Shown here piece after piece: positions 1-18,712 of a stretch of DNA of 64,000 bases. Source of the stretch: Octopus vulgaris (taxonomy: Eukaryota); the NCBI GenBank assembly GCA_951406725.2, contig OX597816.1, forward strand, positions 163,556,001-163,620,000. Direction: 5' to 3'. Made by a program: the position numbers and the translations under genes. Position 1 is the first letter of the stretch. The number at the start of each line of letters is the position of its first letter. The notes beneath the pieces were generated by a model, which saw only the letters and a list, made by a program, of their open reading frames with translations, made no database searches and was not told the DNA's origin.

Positions 1-303
1 TATTCGGTTATTATGAACAATACACAAATAAAAACAAATAATTATTCAGAAAACAAAAGAATACACAGACAAATGAAGTTTTTTTAATAAATTATTTAAA
101 TATATTTGTATAATTTATTACAAAACATGCACACATCATTGTGTATATATGTGTGTATGTGTATGCGCGCTCGTGTGTGTATGTTTGTAGATACACACAT
201 GTGTGCATGTGTGTGCGTGTGCGCGGATTTCCCCGTTTGTGTGCGTGTAATATAATGCAAATATATATATCATATAAATGTATAACATACACACATACAT
301 ACA

Positions 304-415
<112 letters not shown>

Positions 416-727
416 CGTATATATATATCTATACATATAGACATTCATACATATATACCTATATGCATATATACACATTCAGCATGTATATATATATATA
501 TCTTAAATGTGTTTACATATTGCTATACATCCATAAGCACAATCTGACACACGTGTGTGCGCAAAGACGCAAGAAACGGGGTTTTCCAAATAAACTGCGC
601 ATGCTCCAGTGTATGTTCAAATGTTTAAAGTATTATCCCGCTCAAACAAACAGCTACGAAATCCCACACACACAGAAATGCAGAAATGTACGGTTTGTAG
701 ATAAGATATATACACAAACACCCGTAT

Positions 728-766
<39 letters not shown>

Positions 767-936
767 CACACAAATGAAAATAAAATTTTAAATTCGTTAG
801 ATGTTTGCTTATTTTCACACATAACACACGCATATACAGGCGTATATAAATACGTCTGCATGATCACATCTACATATATATATATATATATATATATATA
901 CATGCATACATCTATATATATATAAATATGTGTGTG

Positions 937-982
<46 letters not shown>

Positions 983-1188
983 CATTATGTACTCATAATG
1001 GCTGCTCTATGCTGGAGCGCTTGTGCACATACAAGCGAGAATTTTAATCTAAATAAACATGTATTCATTAATATATACTCGCACACGTTCGTACATGTGT
1101 GTATGTGTGCGTGTGTCTGTGTGTTGATGCGTGTTGGCATATATAAAATACAAGCATGTTCATAGTGACATACAATCAACACACACAC

Positions 1189-1248
<60 letters not shown>

Positions 1249-1395
1249 CGTGTTTAAATAGAATCTCATTAAACGCCAGAGCAGCTTCGAAGGACCATCA
1301 CAACGTCCTGATTTCGTAGAGCTAAGCGAATGTGGTGTAATATTCCTCTGGGATAGTTCAACAGTCTATCGTATTCTATGATATGTTGAAAAAGT

Positions 1396-1431
1396 CCTTT
1401 ACATTTCGAGCCTACGCTCTTCAGCAGAAAG
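1396..1431 (-). ncRNA. Minimal hammerhead-ribozyme-like motif (Penelope pLTR type), degenerate
   Basis: Minus strand reads cttt CTGCTGA a gagc-gtag-gctc GAAA tg TA aagg. Core is CUGAUGA with one mismatch; 4-bp stem II; stem I cttt/aagg. Confidence 0.5.
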
Positions 1432-1492
1432 AAATACGAGAGAATAAACAGAGAGAGATTGAGAAAAAAACTTATAGATTTCAGCAGTCGAA

Positions 1493-1650
1493 GGTCGTCT
1501 TTCAGTTTTCGTCTACCAAATCCACCTGCAATCCTTTTGTCGGCGCTCGAGGCTATATAGTAGAAGTGACTTGCTCAAGGTACCACGCAATAGGACTGAA
1601 CACAGAACCATGTGGTTGGAAGCAAGCCTCTTACTACACGGCCACCGCTA
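1493..1650 (-). mobile_element. SINE family A, 5' half, diverged
   Basis: Reverse complement matches the head of the copy at 3575 (gtctaccaaatccac...ccatgtggttgg...gcaagc). Confidence 0.8.
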
Positions 1651-2039
1651 TTTAATTTGATCTCATGGATTTCTTTGCAAGCTAATCTATTGATTCGATT
1701 AACCATTTCTCTTTATTTTGTTACATAACCAAATCTTCCTTTTGTCAATTATTATTATTATTACTATTATCATCAAAACTATCATCTGCTTCTTCTTCTT
1801 TTTCTTCTTCATTTTCGTTTCGTTTTCTTCTTCATCTTCATCATTCCTCCTTTTCTTCTTCTTCTTCACCTATTTCTTCTCCATCTTTCTCTCTTTCTTT
1901 TTCTTCATCTTCATTTACTTTACTTTTCTTCTTTTCTCTTCATTTTCTTGTTCGTGTTTTCTTATTTTCCTTCTTCTTTTTCAACATCATCACCTTCTTA
2001 TCTTTCTTCATCTTCGTCTTCTTCATCTTCGTCTTCTTC

Positions 2040-2526
2040 ATCATCTTCTTCTTCTTCTTCTTCTTCTTCTTCTTCTTCTTCTTCTTCTTCTTCTCCTTCT
2101 TCTTCTTCTTCTTCTCCTTCTTCTTCTTCTCCTTCTTCTTCTTCTTCTTCTTCTTCTCCTTCTTCTTCTTCTTCTTCTTCTTCTCCTTCTTCTTCTTCTC
2201 CTTCTTCTTCTTCTTCTTCTTCTTCTTCTCCTTCTTCTTCTTCTTCTTCTTCTTCTTCTTCTTCTTCTTCTTCTTCTTCTTCTTCTTCTTCTTCTTCATC
2301 ATCTTCTTCTTCTTCTTCTTCTTCTTCTTCTCCTTCTTCTTCTTCTTCTTCTTCTCCTTCTTCTTCTTCATCATCATCTTCTTCTTCTTCTTCTTCTTCT
2401 TCTTCTTCTTCTTCTTCTTCTTCTTCTTCTTCTTCTTCTTCTTCTTCTTCTTCATCCTCGTCATTATCAATCATCATCATCATAGTTTTTTTCTTCTTCT
2501 TCTACCCCTTTTCCTCCTTCGTTACC

Positions 2527-2582
<56 letters not shown>
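2040..2582. repeat. (TTC)n microsatellite with TCC/TCA variants, followed by (CAT)n
   Basis: Direct inspection. Confidence 0.97.
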
Positions 2583-2583
<1 letters not shown>

Positions 2584-3161
2584 TTGTTCTTCTCCTCTTT
2601 ATTCTCTTCCTACTCCTCCTTCATCTACCCTACTCTCTTTCTTTCCCCGTCTGTTCGCCCGCTCACTTATTCCTTCACCGTCTTTTCATATCCTTCAAAC
2701 GCTTTTCCTTCGCAAAAGCGCTCGGCCCATCCGTCTCTTCTTAAACGTCTTTGCCAATAAATATGAAAGACGAAGAGAGAGAACGAGAGAGAGACATCGA
2801 AAGAGACAGAGAGAGAGAGACACACACACACACAGAAAGAGAAACAGAGAGGAAGACAGAGGAGGAGGAGGAAGGTGGGGAATTCTTAAGACAATGAAGA
2901 ATCACAGACCTTAACATCAACATCAATAACATTTTAAAACTGCCACAAAACGTGCAACTAACAATGGTCTAGGAAAATATGAATGCATGCGTAACGCAAC
3001 GCACGCGAACCATACCCAAGGCGAACGTATATTTGAAAACACGCGTCCTGGCAGACGTACGCATCCACAAAATGCCTCGCTTTCACATGCGAAGGGAGCA
3101 TTATGTCAGCTGTACATATCTGCCTCTACGCATGCCTCTAATGCAAGTATATCAGTGTGTA

Positions 3162-3194
<33 letters not shown>

Positions 3195-3510
3195 GTATAT
3201 ATGTACGTGTTATTCTATGTTTCAATGGGTGTTGAGTTTAAAGAGTAGGTAGGGGGGCGATGCGGGGGTGGTGATGCGGTGTGAAGCGAGGCATATATTT
3301 TACTAGCAGTTCATGGGACTTACGAACGGGTGTCAATAAAATTAGAACCGGTCACCCATTGCTTGATACCGTCGATCAAAGACTGGGAGTGAAATGGTTT
3401 ATGATAAGAGCTGGTAGGCAGTCTCTGAGTTTTAGCAGAGATATTGGTAGAGTTGAGGAGTTATAGACAGACAGGCAGACAGACAGATAGACAGGCAGTT
3501 ACAGAAGCAA

Positions 3511-3573
<63 letters not shown>

Positions 3574-3574
3574 T

Positions 3575-3746
3575 AGGCGCAGGAGTGGCTGTGTGGTAAG
3601 TAGCTTGCTTATGAACTACATGGTTCTGGGTTCAGTCCCACTGCGTGGCAATTGTCTTTGGCAAATGTCTTCTACTATAGCCTCGGGCCGACCAATGCCT
3701 TGTGAGTGGATTTGGTAGACGGAAACTGAAAGAAGCCTGTCGTATG

Positions 3747-3819
<73 letters not shown>

Positions 3820-4020
3820 TTGTGTGTCTGTGTTTGTCCCCCTAGCATTGCTTGACAACCGATGCTGGTGTGTTTACGTCTCCGTCACTTTGCGGTTCGC
3901 CAAAAAGAGACCGATAGAATAAGTACTGGGTTTACAAAGAATAAGTCCCGGGGTCGATTTGGTCGACTAAAGGCGGTGCTCCAGCATGGCCGCAGTCAAA
4001 CGACTGAAACAAGTAAAAGA
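3575..4020 (+). mobile_element. tRNA-derived SINE family A, full length, with internal (TA)n/(TG)n
   Basis: A-box tggctgtgtggt, B-box-like ggttcagtccc, 3' end gctccagcatggccgcagtcaaacgactgaaacaagtaaaaga; more than 12 related copies in the window. Confidence 0.9.
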
Positions 4021-4033
4021 AAGAAAAGAAAAA

Positions 4034-9690
<5,657 letters not shown>

Positions 9691-9761
9691 CTTACGTACA
9701 TACATAATTACATGTGTGTGAGTGAAGAGAGAGTCACACTCAATAATGTATGTGGGTGTGT

Positions 9762-10180
9762 AAGGCGGCGAGCTGGCAGAAACGGTAGCACGTCGGGCGA
9801 AATGCTTATTTCTTCTATCTTTACGGTCTGAGTTCAAATTCCGCCGAGGTCGACTTTGTCTTTCATCTTTTCGGCGTTGATAAATTAAGTACCAGTTACG
9901 CACTAGGGTTGATGTAATTGACTTAATCCCTTTGTCTGTCCTTGTTTGTCCCCTCTATATTTAGCCCCTTGCGGGTAGTAAAGAAGTAAGAAATGTTAGC
10001 ACGCCGGGCGAAAAGCTCATTTTGTCTATCTTTAGGTTCCGAGTTCAAATTCCTCCGAGGTGGACTTTGCCTTTCATCCTTTTGGGGTCGATAAATTAAG
10101 TACCAGTTGCGTACTGGGGTCGATCTAATCGACTGGCACCCTCCCCAAAAATTTCGGGCCTTGTGCATAGAGTATAAAAG
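9762..10180 (+). mobile_element. tRNA-derived SINE family B, dimeric form
   Basis: Head aaggcggcgagctggcagaaacg, B-box gagttcaaattcc; body repeated twice; degenerate TSD aatgtatgtgggtgtgt / aacgtacgtgggtatgt. Confidence 0.88.
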
Positions 10181-10228
10181 AACGTACGTGGGTATGTGTA
10201 TCTATGTCTCCTCTATTTGTTTTGCTTT

Positions 10229-10268
<40 letters not shown>

Positions 10269-10480
10269 TTCTCCCTCTTTGTGTGTGTGTGTGTATATAT
10301 ATGCCTGGAAGAAAGTAGCACTCAATACATTCAATCGAGATGGTATTTAGTAATAGATTGATCCAGCTCCAAATTACTCCAAGTTTCAGTAATATGTGTG
10401 TGTAAGTATGTGTTTGTGCGTGTAGGCGCGTGTGTTTATACGTGTGCCACTGAACACACACACATACACACATATATTTT

Positions 10481-10897
10481 CTTGTATTTGTCTTAGTCAT
10501 TAGACTGCGGCCACACTGGGGCACCACCTTAAAGGATTTTTAATGACGGAATCGAACCCGGTACTTATTTTTCTTAAGCCTACTACTTGTCCTATCAGTT
10601 TCTGTTGCCGAACCGCTAAGTTATGGGGATGTAAACACACAAACATCGGTCAAATTGCGATATGGGACAAAAAAAACCCACAAAACTATGCATGCACATA
10701 CACACACACACACACCCACACCCACACACATAAACGACGGGCTTCTTTCATTTTCCATCTACAAATCTCCACACAAGGCCTTTGTTGGTCAGAGGCTACA
10801 GTACAAGAAATATGCCCAAGGTGCCACGCGGTGGGACTGAACCCAGATCCATATGGTTAGGAAACAAGATTCTTACCACACAGCCACGCCTGCGCCT
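10481..10897 (-). mobile_element. SINE family A, full length, diverged
   Basis: Ends cagccacgcctgcgcct (reverse of the head); body matches the 3575 copy. Confidence 0.85.
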
Positions 10898-10937
10898 CTG
10901 ATAAGATAAATTGATAAAATAAGAACACAGAAAACTT

Positions 10938-11058
10938 TTTAGCGCGCCGGGCAAAATACTTCGCGGTCATATCGTCCGTCCTTACGTTTAGAGTTCAAAT
11001 TCACCGAGGTAGACTTTGCTTTTCATCTCTTTCGGGGTTCGGTAACTTATGTACTAGA
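10938..11058 (+). mobile_element. SINE family B fragment
   Basis: ttagcgcgccgggcaaaat...gagttcaaattc...gactttgcttttcatc. Confidence 0.75.
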
Positions 11059-11184
11059 GAAATCCCTTGACTTTCGCGGGTGTTACGTTCCATCTCCACC
11101 GCCGGGATAGGTTAAAATCCTCGAAGTAGAAACAGTACTGTACTGTATATATTTTTTTCTTATTTTTATAATTTGTGTATATTT

Positions 11185-11332
11185 AGGCACAGTAATGGCT
11201 GTGTGGTAAGAAGCTTGCTTCCCAACTACATGGTTCCGGGTTCAGTCCCACTGCGCGAGTGCCTTGTACTATAGCCTCGGGACGAACAAGGCCTTGTGAG
11301 TGGATGTGGTAGACAGAAATTGGAAGAAGCTT

Positions 11333-11335
<3 letters not shown>
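11185..11335 (+). mobile_element. SINE family A, 5' half
   Basis: tggctgtgtggtaagaagcttgcttcccaactacatggttccgggttcagtccc. Confidence 0.85.
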
Positions 11336-11416
<81 letters not shown>

Positions 11417-11419
11417 TAT

Positions 11420-11781
11420 ATTGATAGAAATGGTAAGACAACAAAAGAAAGAAAGGGACCTCGATATTATGTAAATAGAGGAATTTATCTGTAAATGTAA
11501 CATATGACAATTATTCGGTAGCGATAATAAAACTCCGAGTTTCAGATACGGAGGTGGAAAACCACGCCGCCATCTCTTCAGTTATCTGGCCATCGGAAAA
11601 ATGCTATGAAAAATAACCCGGTCATATTTCATAGCATTTGAAAATAACCCAGGTCATTTTTCATAGCATTTTTCCGATGGCCAGATAACTGAAGAGATGG
11701 CGGCGTGGATTTCCTCATCGGCATCCGAAACTCAGAGTTTTATCATGGCTACCGAATAATTGTCACATATTACATTTACAG
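11420..11781. mobile_element. Foldback element 1 (inverted repeat 11489-11781 plus left tail), Penelope-pLTR-like
   Basis: ~135-bp arms are near-perfect reverse complements; flanked by (TA)n; hammerhead core in each arm. Confidence 0.75.
11681..11748 (+). ncRNA. Type I hammerhead-ribozyme-like motif (mirror copy on - strand at 11526-11589)
   Basis: cca-gataa CTGAAGA [imperfect stem II gatg...catc] c GAAA ctc-a-gag TT ttatc-a-tgg; stem I gataa/ttatc; palindromic stem III. Confidence 0.65.
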
Positions 11782-11800
11782 GTATATATATATATATATA

Positions 11801-12010
11801 TACTCTTTACTTGCTTCAGTCATTTGACTGCAGCCATGCTAGAGCACCGCCTTTTGTCGAGCAAAGCGACCCCAGGATTTATTCTTTGTAAGCCTAGTAC
11901 TTATTCTATCGGGGGGGGGGGGGGACGGCGAATCGGTAAGTTACGGGGACGTAAACACACCACCATCAGTTGTCATGCGATGTTGAGGAGACTAACACAG
12001 ACACACGAAC
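11801..12010 (-). mobile_element. SINE family A, 3' half
   Basis: ttcagtcatttgactgcagccatgctagagcaccgcc...gtaaacacaccaccatc. Confidence 0.85.
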
Positions 12011-12726
12011 ACACACACACGCACATATATATATATGTATGTATATATATTTATATATATATATATATATATATACATACATATATATATATATATATAT
12101 ACGTATACATATATACATATACATATACATATGCATATGCATATATTGGTACAGGACGTCACCAACAGCAAGCAACATGAAACACGAAAACGAAAGAGTT
12201 CATCAAGGAAACAACGAGAGAAACAAATGGAAAGCAAGACAAGTAACATAAAGAACGACCCTTCATCAGTTGTCGGTTGTCTATCTACTCCTCATTTCGA
12301 GCAATAAACGACAATATAAGGCTTCGAAAGACAGTTCCTCCCGCGAACCAAAATAAAATTTGGGATTTGCGGAGGATCAAATTTGGGAACAAAGACAGGA
12401 CAGTGGAGACATACAAGGAAACCGAACGTAAACAAACGTGAAGTGTCGTTAGACCAGAAAAAGGGTACAATAGCGAACGCTGGAGAAATATTTTCTTCGA
12501 CAAGAGAAAAGATACAAGAGAGAGATATAGGATACATCTAGTCTTTAGGACAACCCTGAAAGAAAAGAAAGATGATTACGTGAGGAAAAGTAAGATGGAC
12601 GATGGTCACGTGTGAGAAACGAGAGACAGTAAAGCTGAGAGAGAGAGAGAGAGACGGAGACAGATAGAAAACGGTAAAGGGGAGAAAAAAGGAATATGTG
12701 TGTGTGCTTATTCCACCCATCATCAT

Positions 12727-12893
12727 TTGACAACCGATGTTGGTGTGTTTATGTCTGACGAACTTAGGCGGTTTGGCAAAAGAGACCGATAGTGTAAGTA
12801 CTAGGCTTACAAAGAATAAGTCCTGGAGTCGATTTGTTCGACTAAAGGCGGTGCTCCAGCATGGCCGCAGTGAAATGATTAAAACATGTAAAA
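12727..12893 (+). mobile_element. SINE family A, 3' half
   Basis: ttgacaaccgatgttggtgtgttt...ggcggtgctccagcatggccgcag. Confidence 0.85.
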
Positions 12894-12912
12894 TAAGGGA
12901 AGGATGAAAGAA

Positions 12913-13042
12913 TATTACATACATAATACACACATTATTACATACATAATACATAGTATTACATACATAATACATAGTATTACATACATAATACATAGTA
13001 TTACATACATAATACATAGTATTACATACATAATACATAGTA
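12913..13042. repeat. 21-bp minisatellite (tattacatacataatacatag) x ~6
   Basis: Direct tandem copies. Confidence 0.9.
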
Positions 13043-13402
13043 CCCTGCAGACTTCGACAGGCAACAGAGTAAAGGTTCTTTAAATGTATTCTTTCTGTGC
13101 GTCTCGGTACCAATTATCGTGAAGCTCATTATTGGTCCGCAATTCGGTGAGTAAGGATTCCTGTCATAGGCTATATTTAGATTTTGTTATTGCTTTTTTG
13201 GGGGGAGGGGTTAGCTTTTTGAAATTTATGGGTGTGGCTGTAGGGAGATGTGACTGTTATTTCTAGCGACCTACGTGACCATCGAAGAATCCTGTGATGA
13301 ATTTTATGAATACAGCGTCAGTGTGTAGAGCAGCATGTCTTTATGGAGGATTGGTACGAATTCTTTAACAACCGTCAAACTCAAATGCGCATGCTCGCAA
13401 AC

Positions 13403-13438
<36 letters not shown>

Positions 13439-13581
13439 ACAAACACACATATAAACTCTAGCATAAACATAAATAGACGTGCAAACAGACACAAACACCT
13501 GGAAACACATGCATACGCACATACGCACGCACACACAAATACAAAAAGATACGCACACACATATATATATATGTATACATT

Positions 13582-13614
<33 letters not shown>

Positions 13615-13725
13615 GTCCCTCTCTCTCTCTCTTCTCTTTTCTCTCGCTCTATCTCTGTCTCTCTCATATATATATATTTATATTATAAACACATGCATAT
13701 ATGTATGTGTATATAAGCGTGTGTG

Positions 13726-13792
<67 letters not shown>

Positions 13793-13801
13793 ATATATAC
13801 G

Positions 13802-13853
<52 letters not shown>

Positions 13854-13867
13854 ATATATATATATAC

Positions 13868-13988
<121 letters not shown>

Positions 13989-14251
13989 TATATATATATA
14001 TATATATATATGCATGAAATGGATGAATAAATGAATGCGTGCGTATATTTGCGCACACGTGCCACCAGAGCGACCCTTATTTAATAGACACACAAGCATG
14101 TGTCCATTCATACTGGTGCGCATACGTTGTACGGGTGTATACAATAGCAAGCACGTGCCTTCTTAAATTCATATATAGTGATTCGTGATATTATGAATAT
14201 GTAGTGGTGAGAGAAAAAGAAAAACAAGAAAGAAAGAAAGAAAGAGATTAC

Positions 14252-14283
<32 letters not shown>

Positions 14284-14593
14284 GTGTGTGTAGATAGAAG
14301 TGTGTGTGTCAGTAAAATGATGTCTTATATGTGTTGCGTAACGCGAGTATATAACGTTATTTATTGTATTCAAATGTAAAAATTCTAAGTCGGTTTAAAT
14401 ATTCCACCATCTTTTTTTTTTTCCGCTTTTATAACTTCATTTCAGTTTAGTATTATCTGACTTTCTCCCTCATCATCCTTACTTCTCTCTCTCTCTTTCT
14501 TTTCCTCCCACTCCCTCTTACTCTTTCCTTCCCTCTCTTTTCTTTCCCAGCCTGTATGCGTAAGTTTGTATATATTTGTGTGCGTGTGAATGG

Positions 14594-14644
<51 letters not shown>

Positions 14645-15085
14645 TATGTATATGTGTGTGTGAGTGTGTATGTATACATATTATATCGATCTTTCTGAAT
14701 CCCTTTTCCCAAGAGATATAATTATAGATATTTATACATCAACACAAACACACGATTATACGTATATATATATATATATATATTATATTAATAAATAAAA
14801 CATATGCATATATATATATATAGATATATGCATGTACCAACCTCTACATGTATATATACACGCATATATGAATGTATGTATGTATGTATGTATGTATGTA
14901 TGTATGTATGTATGTATGTATGTATGTATGTATGTATACGTATGTATACGCATATGCTTTCATAAATATACGCACATATACATTTATAGAAGCTTTCATA
15001 CACAATCAGAAGCCTACATACATCTATACATGTACACTTACCTGGATGCATATATATGTATGTGTGCGTGTATGTGTGTGTGTGT

Positions 15086-15141
<56 letters not shown>

Positions 15142-15817
15142 TTGTACTTGTGCTTCCGTAAAACAGTAATTCAAACTGAGATTTTACACCCTAAGACATT
15201 CGAAGTTTCATGTTACCGCTGTTCGAAACGACTAAGTGTTATATTACAATATACAGTTTTATAAATGTGTTATATTTTGGTTCTCAACGAGACTTATATT
15301 TTACGATTTAAGCATCTTTAATATAAAATTTGAAATAGTTAAAATATGACTGGTTACAGGCATTTATATGTAGATGTAGAAAAAATATGAATGAAAAACC
15401 TGAGCTTTTCAGTAAGGCAGGTAGAGCCTTACGTCTGTTTCTTATGACTGGGTTCCTAAAAGAAAAGCTATGCTGAATATAACTGTCCTTAAAATATATG
15501 ACACACGGTTAGTCCTAATTAGTCCTTTTTTTGTAATGTGCCAGCATGACATAATGTATCAGCTCTTTACTGAGGTATTTGATGGGAGGTGAAGAGGAAT
15601 ATTTTTCAATTAACATAAAACAGAGTGCTGCTATATCAGCAGTATAGAATATCTCTGCTATAAAGGGGTTAGCCAAGTCATAGTGCTTGTTAGATATCTG
15701 CTCGATTTCAAATCCCAGTTCTTTTACGTTATAACTGTTTGAATAATTATATAAGTGCATGTATGCGTGTGTGTGCATGTCTATCTGTGTATATATATAT
15801 GAGATATATATGTATAT

Positions 15818-16178
15818 AGGGGAGTATTGTAGTTCGCTTGAAGTATTGTGTATTGTTTGTAAAGAAAACGTTTTGAATGGCACATCTGCACTATAATATA
15901 GACAATGGGCTATTTACCTGTTGTAATTTAGTCATTCATAGTCTGATACGATATTTCGGAACAATATTCCTTCTTCAGATATTCTTAGATGGAGTCGCTG
16001 TTATAATCGGTTTTCTATCTATGTCTAGATACCGATTATAGCAGTGACTCCATCTAAGAATATCTGAAGAAGGAATTTTATTCCGAAATATCATATCAGA
16101 CTATGGATGACTAAATTACAACAGGTATATAGCCCATTGTTTGTATTACAATGCATTGTTGTACCATTCAAAACGTTT

Positions 16179-16179
<1 letters not shown>
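15818..16179. mobile_element. Foldback element 2 (inverted repeat 15865-16179 plus left tail), Penelope-pLTR-like
   Basis: ~145-bp arms in reverse complement; each has CTGAAGA a ggaat..attcc GAAA tatc(g/a)ta TC; flanked by TA-rich repeats. Confidence 0.7.
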
Positions 16180-16224
<45 letters not shown>

Positions 16225-16614
16225 ACAAACTGGGACAAGAACGCATAACATTTAGAAGACAATACAAAAAAACACGGACGGGACATTCGAAGCCTTCAAT
16301 CTTCATTCAAGAACCGGATCATCCTCGCAATTTCGGCTGATTAATCTTGATTGCTCCAATCTGGCCAGCCCAAGGAAAAACTAAGCTACGAGCATTAGAT
16401 TTCTTGGAAGAAGGATCGAATGTATACGAAACAGGGACAGAAAAACGGACGATGTTACATGAATATGAATACAAAAATAATACGTAAAAACAATAATATT
16501 AATAATAATAATAACAGGACATCACAACAGGCGTCTTTCAACTGGGACGTATTAAACTTAGCTGGCGTGCATGTGTGTATATTTGTATGTACATATAGAA
16601 TCTGTAAAATTGTT

Positions 16615-16875
16615 TTAGTATTCATCTAATAGACTACTGCTCCTGTAATTTCGTCTGTTGATGCTACAAATGTGTTTCTTAAGATTTCTAACACATCTAT
16701 AACTAATTTTGATGGAGTTCTTGTTAAAGATGTTCCACGTTCCTCTGATGAATAGGTAATTATTTTTATATGAGATGAGTTTTAAGAAAGTCCCTGCCAT
16801 ATGCATGCGTAATTTTTTTATTGATTGGAGACATGTTAAAGATCGGGATGTGTCATAGTTTCTCATGACAACCAC
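16615..16875 (-). pseudogene. Penelope-like element RT/EN linker fragment
   Basis: Translation FLKLI...NIFNKNSIKISYRCVRN resembles the IFN..(T/S)IKISYSC..N segment of Penelope ORFs. Confidence 0.55.
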
Positions 16876-17987
16876 TTCCTGTTAAGCCAGTGATATAAAT
16901 GACTGTCACATGATTAAAATTCTTCATCTGTTGAGATTCCAGAAATGCGATGATCAACATTATTTACTAAAACCTTCAAAATTCAAAGAAGATAACCGGA
17001 AGACGTTGTTGATTTTTACATAATTCTACGGAAATGTCTAATAAATTTAGCTCCATTTAATTAATATTTCCGATTAATCTTAAGCTACAATCTTTAAATT
17101 CGTTAATGAGGTCTTTCCTAAGCCAATCGAGCAGACAACAGACCACATAACGTTAAATTAATTAACCGTCATCTCTATAAAGCCTATGGCGTTGAATTTC
17201 ATTTTAGCCTAACATATTTAAACTTCAGCAGCCCACAACCATTTGAGTCTTTTGTCATATCACATCACTAGATACGTTTAACCTATGGATTTTTTTATAA
17301 CTAAAGACTTCCTCGTGTGACTAAAAACACTTAAATTAAAATAACTTATCGTGTAAAACTCTTGTCAAATTCCAAACCATTGCAAAGAAGTTTAGAAATG
17401 GTAGGCTACAGTTTTACTATGTTAAACACGGTCAGTTTTGACGTATAATTATTGTGTATTTTGTGAAGATATTCGCATCAGAAACATGTTTTACTAATGT
17501 CACATCGTCAGTGAATATAGAGTCATTAAACGTTGCAATTAAACTATTCTTGCGGATTTTAAAATTTACTTTCAGATTTACTCGATCTTGAATTCCATTG
17601 TATCCTATAGTTTCAGGTTGTGAATTAATATGGAAGTTTATTAATTTTATGAAAGATGCTTGTATAGGTTTTTTTTTTTATGTATTTTTGTAATGTTGCT
17701 TACAATAATTATGAAACATGTAGCTATGTCAATCTCGGAGATTTTAGTCTCGTATGAGAAAAGAAATATTTTCCGACAACTTTTAAGCACTCCTACCCAT
17801 ATTTCTAAACGTTCTTCATAGGTGATCGCGTGAAAACGAAATCTTATCTATCTTCCAACACTTCCAACAGTTCTCTTAAAATCCTTGAATATTTCGTATG
17901 TGGTCGAAAATTCCTTGTTATAAAACATTATGTTTAGTCGTAAAAGGCTTAAGAAATATATTTTCCAATATATTCGTTTATCAGACA

Positions 17988-18342
17988 CTAGCAGTATACC
18001 CAGGCGTTGCTCGGGTTTGTTTTCTTTTCGACCCTTTAGAATTGGAATTTTTGAAAAGTAAAAATTTTGCATTATGTAGCTTGTTATTCTCTTTAAGTGA
18101 ACATTTTTCTGGGTTGAAATACACCGAAAAATGGCGACACAGCATTCAAAAAATCGTAAAAACTAGGGATTTTAATAGAGAAGCACCTTTTTGATGTAAA
18201 TAATTTTTGATGTAAAGCATCTTTTTGATGTAAATAATTTTTAGTCTTAAAATGGTCCGATTTGAATTTTTTTCTTCTACGGAATGAAGACCAAGCCTTC
18301 TAGCATACTTTCAATTTTGGTCAACTTGCGCCTATAAAGAGA
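17988..18342 (-). mobile_element. Non-autonomous Helitron
   Basis: Minus strand begins TC (tctctttata), ends with hairpin cccgagcaacgcctggg then CTAG, and sits between A and T with no TSD. Confidence 0.7.
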
Positions 18343-18396
18343 TGTATACAGGCAAACATGTATATATATATATGTGTGTGTTTGTGTGGGGGTGGG

Positions 18397-18712
18397 GCAC
18401 TCCGTCAGTTACCACGACGAGGGTTCCAGTTGATCCAATCAGCAGAGCAGTCTGCTCGTGAAATCAACGTGCATGTGGCTGAGCACTGCACAGACACGTG
18501 TACCCTTAACGTAGTTCTCAGGAAGAATCAGTGTGACACAGAGTGTGACAAGGCTGGCCCTTTTGAAATAAAGGTACTACTCGTTTTTCCCATCTGAGTG
18601 GACTGAAGCAACATGAAATAAAGTGTCTTGCGGACACACTGTGTTGCCGGGGAAATGAACTCGCAACCTTACGATCGTTAGCCGAATGCCCTAATCACTA
18701 AGCCACGCGCCT
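18397..18712 (-). mobile_element. tRNA-derived SINE family C
   Basis: Minus head ggcgcgtggcttagtgattagggcattcgg...gagttcatttccc; the body recurs at 35431-35575. Confidence 0.8.

Noticed and set aside
1718-2760. Poly-L/S/E/K ORFs and similar YI, TH and IYLS ORFs across the window
   Set aside because: Microsatellite translations.
12150-12540. Hammerhead around minus-strand ctgatga (12263-12269)
   Set aside because: No properly placed stem II and GAAA found; probably a Penelope-related repeat, but unsupported.
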